Positions 19,859 through 28,800 of a stretch of DNA of 64,000 nucleotides are shown piece after piece. The notes beneath the pieces are model-generated. The model was given only the letters and a program-made list of their open reading frames with translations, was not told the DNA's origin and did not search any database. This DNA comes from an uncultured Pseudomonadota bacterium (GTDB lineage: Bacteria; Oederibacteriota; Muellerivitia; Muellerivitales; Muellerivitaceae), in assembly GCA_963770835.1 (NCBI GenBank), contig CAVYRH010000003.1:288001-352000 (forward strand), given 5' to 3'. The translations under genes were made by a program, and so were the position numbers. Numbering within the stretch: the first letter of the stretch is position 1; each line of letters opens with the position of its first letter.

Positions 19859-20458
19859 ATGAACCATGGCAAACCCAAGTATAAAAACAAAAAAGGACTA
19901 ATGATCGTTTTGTCGTCGCCGTCGGGGGGAGGGAAGACGACCATCGCCAAGCGGTTATTGAAACAGGATAAAAATATCATCCGATCGGTTTCCTGCACCA
20001 CCCGAAAACCCCGCCAAGGGGAGAGAAATGGGAGGGATTATTTTTTTGTCACTCCCGCGCGGTTCAAATCTATGGCCGCTCAAAAAGAGTTCCTGGAGTG
20101 GGCCCGCGTGCACGGCCATTTCTATGGCACCCCCCGTCATTGGGTTGAGGGGCGAATGAAAGAAGGGAAGGATGTTTTATTCGTGATTGACGTGCAGGGT
20201 GGAAAAGCTATCAAGGCCAGGAATCCCGCGGCCGTACTGATTTTCTTAAAGCCGCCATCCTTTTCGGTACTCAAGGAACGGCTGGAGGGCCGACAAAGCG
20301 AGAATCCCGCCGGCCTGAAACTCCGCTTAGAAAACGCCAGATGGGAAATTGGGGAGGGCCGTCGGTACGATTACAAGGTTGTGAATGAAAGTCTCGACAA
20401 GGCGCTCTTCGACGTTCTTAAAATTATTAAAAATGCCCGTCAAAGTGTACGAGTCTAG
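19859..20458 (+). CDS. gmk: Guanylate kinase
   Basis: LSSPSGGGKTT, SCTTRKPRQGE.NGRDYFF, FLEWARVHGHFYGT, IDVQG. Confidence 0.96.
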   Translation: MNHGKPKYKNKKGLMIVLSSPSGGGKTTIAKRLLKQDKNIIRSVSCTTRKPRQGERNGRDYFFVTPARFKSMAAQKEFLEWARVHGHFYGTPRHWVEGRMKEGKDVLFVIDVQGGKAIKARNPAAVLIFLKPPSFSVLKERLEGRQSENPAGLKLRLENARWEIGEGRRYDYKVVNESLDKALFDVLKIIKNARQSVRV

Positions 20459-20622
20459 TGTTGTGGCGGCCTCGAAATGAGGCTTAAAGGAGACAAAAGC
20501 ATATAGTTAGCCCCAATCCTTTCGTCACATTGCGAAAAATCAGACGTTTTGCATTACGATTTTGAGGGGGTTTTGAGTATAATCCACCCTCTCACACTAG
20601 ACCGCGAACAACAGGAGAAATT

Positions 20623-20853
20623 ATGGCCGACGAGAAAAAGACCCCGACCCTTGAATCTATTGAGAATAAGTATATGTCCGTTTTAGCTGTCTCCAAACGC
20701 GCCCGCCAACTGTTGGACCGCGCCGAGAAACACAACCTGACTGTGGACACCGAAAAAGTGATCCTCCAATCACTGAACGAATTCATGTCGGGCAAAGTGA
20801 CTTATACCAATACGCCTGTCCCCCCCAAGAAGAAGAAAAAAGAAGAAGAATAA
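20623..20853 (+). CDS. rpoZ: RNA polymerase omega subunit
   Basis: NKY..VLAVSKRARQL...SLNEFMSGKV; sits between gmk and coaBC; AGGAG RBS. Confidence 0.85.
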   Translation: MADEKKTPTLESIENKYMSVLAVSKRARQLLDRAEKHNLTVDTEKVILQSLNEFMSGKVTYTNTPVPPKKKKKEEE

Positions 20854-20931
20854 GAGAGCCTGGCTGTCGGCAGTGAAACATCATGTTGTCTTCTCGTGGA
20901 CTAAAAGCTGTTTACTGGCGGCCGGTTTTCG

Positions 20932-22158
20932 ATGAATCCAGCCCGATCCAAACCCAGAGTGCTCTTAGGCGTCACCGGAAGCGTGGCCGCTTATAAGTCC
21001 GTTGAACTTATCCGAATGCTGAAGATGTTCGCCGATGTAAAGGTGGTCTTAACCAACGCCGGTTCCCACCTAGTTCCGAAAAAAGCCCTCGTCAAAGCCT
21101 CAGGCTCCCCCGTTTGGACCAGCTTGTTTAAGGGTTCCACGCCCATTCCGCCCGGCACCCCCAGCGGAAGCCATCCGATGGCGGTTGTTCCCCATATCGA
21201 ATACGCCAAGGCGGCGAATTTGGCCTTGATCGCACCCGCTTCCGCAGATTTTCTGGCAAAGCTGGCCTTGGGTTTGGCCGATGACCTGCTTTCTGGCCTC
21301 TGCCTCTACGCCACATGTCCTATTTGGGTCGCGCCCGCCATGAACGTCAAGATGTGGAACCATCCGGCGGTTCTCAACAACCGAAAAATTCTACAGGAAA
21401 GAGGACTGCGTTTTTTGGGGCCTGACAGCGGGCATTTGGCCTGTGGGGAAGTAGGGGATGGACGTTTCGCGGAACCTTCGGAAATCGCCTTTCAAGCGGA
21501 GAGTTACTTCAGGCATTTCGGGGATTGGAACGGAAAGAAGGTTTTAGTCACCGCTGGGCCCACCCAGGAACCCATTGACCCGGTGCGGATGATCACCAAC
21601 CGGTCCAGCGGAAAAATGGGGTATGCCCTGGCCCAGGCCGCCTTGAACAGGGGGGCCGAAGTCATTCTTATCACCGGTCCCACTCGTTTGATTCCCCCAC
21701 CCGTTTCAAAGGTCATCCCGGTGGAAAGCGCCAGCCAAATGCACGGCCAAGTCCTGAAATGCCTGCCATCCATGGATGTGGTCGTTATGGCCGCTGCGGT
21801 TTCAGATTACAGGGTGCGAAAATTATCCAAGGTCAAGATTAAAAAAACAGTGGGCGGGCTTTCCCTTCAATTGGAGAAAAACCAGGACATATTGGCCGAT
21901 ATATTACGACGGAAAAAGCCATTACAGACAGTCATCGGCTTTGCCGCGGAAACGGACCATTTAGAGGAAAACGCCATGGCCAAATGGAAAAGAAAACCTT
22001 GCGATTTGTTGGTGGCCAACCTCGTGGGAAAAACCGGGACAGGATTCGATTCCGACCAAAACGAACTGGTTGTTTTCAGCCGAAAGCAAAAGAAGACCAT
22101 CCGGTTTAAAAAAGATTTAAAGAGCCATTTAGCAGAAAAAATCCTGGATTTGGTGTAG
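20932..22158 (+). CDS. coaBC: Phosphopantothenoylcysteine decarboxylase/synthetase
   Basis: LGVTGSVAAYK, APAMNVKMW, LACGEVGDGR, VTAGPTQEPIDPVRMITNRSSGKMG, GFAAET. Confidence 0.96.
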   Translation: MNPARSKPRVLLGVTGSVAAYKSVELIRMLKMFADVKVVLTNAGSHLVPKKALVKASGSPVWTSLFKGSTPIPPGTPSGSHPMAVVPHIEYAKAANLALIAPASADFLAKLALGLADDLLSGLCLYATCPIWVAPAMNVKMWNHPAVLNNRKILQERGLRFLGPDSGHLACGEVGDGRFAEPSEIAFQAESYFRHFGDWNGKKVLVTAGPTQEPIDPVRMITNRSSGKMGYALAQAALNRGAEVILITGPTRLIPPPVSKVIPVESASQMHGQVLKCLPSMDVVVMAAAVSDYRVRKLSKVKIKKTVGGLSLQLEKNQDILADILRRKKPLQTVIGFAAETDHLEENAMAKWKRKPCDLLVANLVGKTGTGFDSDQNELVVFSRKQKKTIRFKKDLKSHLAEKILDLV

Positions 22159-22198
22159 CCTTAGCGTCATTGGTATTCCCCGAAAAAGGCTTGAGCGT

Positions 22199-23998
22199 AT
22201 GTTCTGTAAAAAAGTTCCGATTCTTCTGGCATTGATGGTCTGTGCCTTTGCCTTTCCTGCTTGGGGCAAGATTGCCAGTCTTAAAGGTAAGGAACCTTTT
22301 GTACCCGGTGAAATCCTGGTCCGGTTCAAGGACAACGCATCGCTTCAAGACCGGGCCAAGGCCATGGCCTCCGTGGGGGCATCCCAACCCTTAACCCACC
22401 CTACTTTGGTGAAGATCAAGCTTAAGGCGGGATTGGATATCCAAACCGCCGTAAATCAAATGAAAAACGACCCGTCCGTCCAATATGCCCAGCCCAATTA
22501 CCGGTATTACGCTTTGGCCTGCGGCCCCCCAACCGACCAATACTACGCAACTCCAGTTCCGAATCAGAATGGAGTTTCGGTTTTCGCTAATTGGCCTTTT
22601 ACAAAAATTCAAGCGCCACAGGCTTGGGCATTAGTTTCTACATGTATTACACCACCTGGGGCAGGTAGTGCTTCGGTCACGGTGGCGGTTTTGGATACGG
22701 GTATTTCAAGGAACAACCCCGACCTGAGAACCGTTCCTGCAATCGGTTATAACGCCATTTGTGACGTTCAAGAGCAGGACCCATCCTGCTCTTGCGGTTC
22801 TTCAGTGACGGATTTTGGAGCGACCTATGCTAGCGCAGATGATTTCGGGCACGGGACCTACGTCGCGGGAATTATTGGCGCGGAATGGACTAGCGTGAAT
22901 CCAGAAACCGGTAGTTGCATTTTTACGGCTACTACAAGCGGTTATGCGGGGGTCGCCCCTGGATGCACTTTGCTGGCGGTCAAGGTTTTGGATTGCACGG
23001 GCGGCGGCACTACGGACAGCATTGTGGCGGGTACCGATTACGCCGTGGCGCACAAGGCCAGAGTCTTAAATTTTTCATTAGGTTCCCCTACTGCGGACGG
23101 TTTGGACCAGGCTGAACAAGAAGCCTTGGACAACGCCCTGGCCAACAATTGCGTGATTGTGGCCGCCTCCGGAAATGATTCTTCCAACGGGAATTTAGCG
23201 CCGGTGGATTATCCGGCGGCTTACCCTCCGGTTGTTGCGGTGGGGGCCACGGACCAAAGCGACAATTTGGCGTTTTACTCCAACGGTGGAGCTAATTTGA
23301 AACTGGTTGCTCCCGGTGGTTATGGGGACGGCGCTTTAAATCTTGGCTTTCACCCAGAAACGGATATATTTAGCGATTTTTTATGTCCGCTTTCGGCGGC
23401 CGCAGTCTCGGAAGGGGGGTTCGTCACTGCGCTTGGTGACTCGAATTTCGGGACCGCCGCCGGAACCTCTGCTGCCACTCCCTTTGTTTCCGGTGCCGCA
23501 GCGCTTCTCATGTCCGTTTATCCTAACTTGACCAATACCCAGGTAATCCAGGCCATCATCAACAATACCGACAGCTTGAACGGAAACAAGGGATGGAATC
23601 CCCAAACGGGGTACGGCCGTTTGAACATTTACCAGGCTCTCTTGAACGCCGGTAACGGTGGAGGACAAGTGACTCCTTACCTGGAAACCTTCAACAGCCC
23701 CAATCCCTTTTACACTAAAACCAACGGGACCACCAATATCACCATCGCCATCAGCCAGCCGGCTCCAGTCGAATTAACGATTTGTGACGCTTCCGGAGAA
23801 TTGGTGTTTCATAAGAACTATGATTCGAGCCAATTGGACGACAATCCTTCCAACCCCCAGTTCAAGTCCTATTACGTTTCTTGGGACGGCCGCAACGGGG
23901 CTGGCCAGCCGGTTGTGACGGGGATTTATTTTTACAGTGTGAACGTGAATGGGAAAGTAGGCCGGAACAAAATCGCCCTTATACAGGGAAGCAAGTGA
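22199..23998 (+). CDS. Secreted S8 subtilase with FlgD/T9SS-like C-terminal domain
   Basis: Prodomain FVPGEILVRFK. Catalytic triad in VLDTG, GHGTYVAG, GTSAATP. Tail NSPNPF...WDGRNGAGQPVVTGIYFY...KIALI. Confidence 0.93.
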   Translation: MFCKKVPILLALMVCAFAFPAWGKIASLKGKEPFVPGEILVRFKDNASLQDRAKAMASVGASQPLTHPTLVKIKLKAGLDIQTAVNQMKNDPSVQYAQPNYRYYALACGPPTDQYYATPVPNQNGVSVFANWPFTKIQAPQAWALVSTCITPPGAGSASVTVAVLDTGISRNNPDLRTVPAIGYNAICDVQEQDPSCSCGSSVTDFGATYASADDFGHGTYVAGIIGAEWTSVNPETGSCIFTATTSGYAGVAPGCTLLAVKVLDCTGGGTTDSIVAGTDYAVAHKARVLNFSLGSPTADGLDQAEQEALDNALANNCVIVAASGNDSSNGNLAPVDYPAAYPPVVAVGATDQSDNLAFYSNGGANLKLVAPGGYGDGALNLGFHPETDIFSDFLCPLSAAAVSEGGFVTALGDSNFGTAAGTSAATPFVSGAAALLMSVYPNLTNTQVIQAIINNTDSLNGNKGWNPQTGYGRLNIYQALLNAGNGGGQVTPYLETFNSPNPFYTKTNGTTNITIAISQPAPVELTICDASGELVFHKNYDSSQLDDNPSNPQFKSYYVSWDGRNGAGQPVVTGIYFYSVNVNGKVGRNKIALIQGSK

Positions 23999-24960
23999 AA
24001 TCATTCATTCGAAATTCCGCTGTGTCCATGGTTGTTTTTTTGGCGGCAACGGGGGCCATGGCCGATCAACAAGGCGGGCAGCGGCCTGCGGCCTACCTGG
24101 AACTGGGCGCGGGCGGCGTTCAAAACGCCATGGGCGATGCGGCCGTGGCGGATCGGAACGACCCGGCCTGTGGATTTTGGAATCCCGCCGGATTAAGCGG
24201 ATTAAGGGGATTTCAAATAGAGGATCAATACACCCTGCTGCCCCTGGGCCAACAGCTAAATTACTTCACTTTGGCCAACGGTTTCCGGGACTTCTTTTTT
24301 TATGGAATTTCCTCCTTTATTTACAGCGCCGGCGGAAATATTGAGGCCCGCGTGGGACCTTCCCTCACCCCTGACAGCGTTTTTGGCGACCTGGAAATGA
24401 CTTATTTGGTCTCGGTGGCTTTCCGCTTGAGTCCGCGCTGGTCGATAGGCGGGAATATCAAGATCGAGACGCAAAATTTCGATAACTATAACGGATTTGG
24501 TTTTGGGGAGGATTTGGGACTCCAATACCGTTTGACCCAATACACGACTCTCGGATTAATGATTCAAGACCCCTTCACTATTTTTAACTATGACAATTCA
24601 ACGGAAAACATCGTCCCCATTACCGTAAAGGCCGGTGTGGCCCAACATGACGAGCAATTGAACGCCAAATTGAACTGCGAATTGGATTGGAGCGCCGACC
24701 TCGGGTTTCAGCCCAGACTGGGGATCGAGTGGCGCCCGATGGAGGTTTTGGCTTTGAGGGGTGGATGTTGGGCGGGAGATATTACCGGTGGAATTTCGGG
24801 GGGGACTTTTTCCCTGAATCCAACCGCTGGGTTTGGAATACTGGCGCCACTTGGGTCCGCTGGCGACGGGTTGCTGGAATTCGATTATACCCTTTTGATG
24901 GATCGGATCGTGTCTGGCGGTCTTTTGCACCAAATCGCCATTACGGGGAAATTTCTTTAG
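23995..24960 (+). CDS. PorV/PorQ-like outer-membrane beta-barrel
   Basis: Signal peptide, AYLELGAGGVQNAMGDAAVA..NDPACGFWNPAGL (PorV/FadL N-terminal motif), amphipathic strands, C-terminal HQIAITGKFL. GTGA overlap with the subtilase stop. Confidence 0.8.
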   Translation: MKSFIRNSAVSMVVFLAATGAMADQQGGQRPAAYLELGAGGVQNAMGDAAVADRNDPACGFWNPAGLSGLRGFQIEDQYTLLPLGQQLNYFTLANGFRDFFFYGISSFIYSAGGNIEARVGPSLTPDSVFGDLEMTYLVSVAFRLSPRWSIGGNIKIETQNFDNYNGFGFGEDLGLQYRLTQYTTLGLMIQDPFTIFNYDNSTENIVPITVKAGVAQHDEQLNAKLNCELDWSADLGFQPRLGIEWRPMEVLALRGGCWAGDITGGISGGTFSLNPTAGFGILAPLGSAGDGLLEFDYTLLMDRIVSGGLLHQIAITGKFL

Positions 24961-24999
24961 GACTTTAGGCTTGTTGGTTACAAAAGGACATATAAAGAG

Positions 25000-25788
25000 T
25001 TGAAAAGTCTTAAATCTCACTTGGAACTTTGCCGTCGGCTGGGCATCCGGTATGTATCGTCGTTACCCGTTGAAGGGAAAACCGTCGAAGTCGAATCTCC
25101 TGAAGCGGCTAGTCCGGTCACTTTGGAACCGGAGAAGGAATTTCAGCCTGTTTCGCTCTCCACTGAAGTTTCAGTTACAAGTGGCCTTCCAAAATGGTTG
25201 TCTACCTCCCCCGACACGATTCAAGCAATGGAAATGATTGCTTTTGACCGGGATATTCACGAATGTCAAAACTGCCCCTTAGGGAAAACCCGTAAGAGTT
25301 TTGTTTTTGGAAGCGGGAATCCCCAAGCGGAAGTTGTGTTTATAGGCGAAGCTCCGGGTGCGGATGAGGACGCCCAGGGGCTCCCCTTTGTGGGGAGGGC
25401 GGGCCAGCTGTTGACGAAGATCATCGAATCCACCAAAACGTGGAAGAGGTTGGACGTTTTTATTTGCAATGTTTTGAAGTGCCGTCCACCCGGAAACCGG
25501 CCCCCCTTGCCCGAGGAGGTTGAACAATGCCGTCCTTACCTGGAGGAGCAAATCCGAATTATTAAGCCAAAGTTAATCATGGCATTGGGGGCCAGTGCCG
25601 CCCAGGCCCTTCTCAAAACGAAAGACTCGGTGGGGAAACTACGCAATAAATGGCATGATTTTGACGGAATTCCGCTTCGAGTGACCTATCACCCAGCCGC
25701 CCTCTTGCGGTTTGACGGCTATAAAAAGGATGTTTGGGAGGATATGAAGGAATTAACGGCCAAATGCAGGGAATTACAGGGGAAATGA
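25000..25788 (+). CDS. Uracil-DNA glycosylase family 4 (4Fe-4S)
   Basis: [49 protein letters not shown] start. Confidence 0.95.
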   Translation: MKSLKSHLELCRRLGIRYVSSLPVEGKTVEVESPEAASPVTLEPEKEFQPVSLSTEVSVTSGLPKWLSTSPDTIQAMEMIAFDRDIHECQNCPLGKTRKSFVFGSGNPQAEVVFIGEAPGADEDAQGLPFVGRAGQLLTKIIESTKTWKRLDVFICNVLKCRPPGNRPPLPEEVEQCRPYLEEQIRIIKPKLIMALGASAAQALLKTKDSVGKLRNKWHDFDGIPLRVTYHPAALLRFDGYKKDVWEDMKELTAKCRELQGK

Positions 25789-25888
25789 TTCGGTTGTAAC
25801 GATGAAATTACGGCCTTTTTTATCGGTTTCACATGAAATAAAGGTATAATTCCAAAATTCATCCAAATTTCCATCTTGACTGGCTGTT

Positions 25889-28800
25889 ATGACAAAAACC
25901 TTAAAATCACTTTACCCTCTTGCTTTGTTCGTTTTCCTACAAGCCATTGTTCCTTCTTCCGTTCCAGCCCAATGTCTTTTAAGTGATCTTTTTACAACAC
26001 CGGGCAACCTGGCCATGCCGCCTTGGTTAACTGCAGATGTCGACGATTCCACCGCAGGCGTGGGCCAAACCATTGGGTCCGCCCTCACGATCACGGCGTC
26101 TGGGAATGGCATCGGTTTCGTAAACGCCGTAGATCCTCCCAACGACTCTTTCTACTACATTTACCAGGAGGTGTCAGAAGACAGTGACATAACCCTGCAA
26201 ATTAATGCCGTTCCTACCTCGAGCCCGGACGGTGAGTGCGGGATTATGATGAGGTCCAGCCTTGGTCCAACTACTTTGATGGCTTACATATGTGCGACTA
26301 ATTCCGGCATATATGACTTTGAATACACGGATAGTGGTGGCTCAGAAATTCCATTCAACGATGGGAACTATACCAATCCCTCAGTGGGCTATGTCCGGTT
26401 GGTTCGGCAACAGGATAATTTCACGGGTTATTATTCCCCCGATGGCGTCAATTGGAACGAGGTGGGTTTTAACGAGAGTTCCGGTGGTTCGAGTTTAAGC
26501 ATGCCCTATCCCTATTACGTGGGCATCGCGACCTCCTCGGCTGCTGGCGTAACAGGAACGGCAATCGTCAATAATTTCAGCGTATCCATAGGCGCCTGCA
26601 CTTCTACACCGACGGTCACCAATACGCCGACGAATACCCTCACCAACACCCCCACCTACACGCCCACTGTCACCCCCACCTTTACCCCCACAAACACTCC
26701 CACCAATACCTTTACGGACACTAATACTGCGACGAACACGCCCACTAATACGACGACGAACACGCCGACCAACACGACCACGAATACGGCAACCAATACG
26801 TCTACGAATACAGCCACTTCCACCCCGACGGATCCGGCGGTGTTGGTTAACCCGGGAAGCGGGGAACCACCTAATTCTACCCAGATACCTGGAGCGATGG
26901 ACGTGGCGGCCATGCAAATGGCGGTGACCAATCAGAGCAACGAGGTGGTGACCTTGAATTACGTTGTTTTGACAGCGGTGGATGGCAGCGGGCCCAACAG
27001 CGCTGCTGGAATCACGGCGGTCAATTTGATGAAAGGAACAATCCTATTGGCCAGTTCGACTTATAACGGGAGCGGTCTGGTGACATTGGGCGGATTCCCG
27101 CTGGATACGCTGGGGGCAGCCGGGTCGCCTTCGGCGGCGCAGACTTATACAGTGGAATACGACTTTTCGAGTACGGCACCTGCGGGGATTTACGTCGCCA
27201 ATTTGCAGAGCGGGGCGGCTGTACAAGGAGTGGGACAGGTATCGGGCATGCCCTTGACCGTATCCGGACCACCCCTCGACGGCGCAACTATCACAATTGC
27301 CACTCCGACACCTACGGCGACGAATACCGCAACCAATACCACCACTAATACGGCTACCGACACAGCCACAAAAACGACAACGAATACGCGTACAAACACC
27401 CCAACCTTCACGCCGACCAATACCCCCACCAATACCCCTACAAATACGACGACGAATACTCCGACTCTCACCCCGACGGTCACAGCGACCCTCACTGCCA
27501 CGAATACAGCCACTTCCACGCCTACCCAGCCAGTGGTGAACATAGCGCGGGTGACGCCGCCGGTGGATTCCACGCAGATACCGGGAGCCATGGGGGTGTC
27601 GGTGATGCAAGTGGCGGTGACCAACACCAGCGGTGAATTGGTGGCGTTGAAGGACCTGATATTCCAAGCTTCAGGGCAGGATGCCACCCAGATAACGCAG
27701 GTAAAGCTGTTTAGGGGATCGACCCTGGTGGGTGGAGGGGTTTATTCAGGAGCCAACGGTTTTGTGACCATGGGAGCACCGGCATTGGATACTCTGGCGG
27801 CCGGGGGGAACCAAAGCTACCTTTTGACCTATGATTTTTCGGGTTCGGCCTTGACGGGAGCATATGCGGTTAGCCTAGTGGGGGCGGAAGGAACAGGCCA
27901 AACCAGCGGCCGGCCAATCCAATTGACAGGGGTACCGGCTGGAGGGGCGATCATTACGATTGCGACACCGACGTCCACGGCCACGAGTACGGCGACCAAC
28001 ACCACCACTAATACCCCCACGAACACGGCCACCAGTACGGCAACCTATACGACGACCAATACACCGACGAATACGGCCACGAACACAACCACCCTCACCC
28101 CGACAAGTACTGCGACATTTACCGCTACGAACACAGCTACCTATACGTCGACCAATACGACGACGAACACGCCGACCCTCACCACGACAGCCACGGCGAC
28201 CTTCACTGCCACAAATACAACCACTAACACGGCTACCAATACACCCACGAGCACGCTCACGTATACTGCCACTAACACCGCGACTGATACGGCGACGAAC
28301 ACCACTACTAGTACTGTCACCGAAACACCCACGGACACCACAACCAACACTCCAACGGCCACGACGACCAATACTCCTTCCCAGCCGGCCGTAAGTATTG
28401 CCACTGGAGTTCCAACTCTGGTTGGTTCAACTCAAATCCCTGGAGCGGTCAATGTGCCAGTTTTGGAGGTGGTGGTCAGCAACAACAGCAGCAGCCCACA
28501 AGAGGCAATCAGCTTAACCGGCATAAAATTCACGGCGAGTGGCTCGGGAAATGATCTGACAGGCTTAACGCAAGTGAGTTTGTATAGGGGTACGGCTCTT
28601 GTTCCGGGAAATTTTGTGCAAGGTGGTGTTTATTCCGCCGACAATGGGGCCGTGACGCTGGGATTACCGCTTGTGGACATTATTTCGGCTACAGCCGCCC
28701 AAACCTATACGGTTGCTTATGACTTCTCGACAACCGCCCCACAAGGAACCTATTCGACGGCGATTTTACTCGGAACGGATGTACAAGGGATAGGACAGAC

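Noticed and set aside
25826..25850. SigB-type promoter (GTTT...AGGTAT) upstream of the giant gene
   Set aside because: Spacing is too short for the SigB consensus; only a plain TATAAT is supportable.
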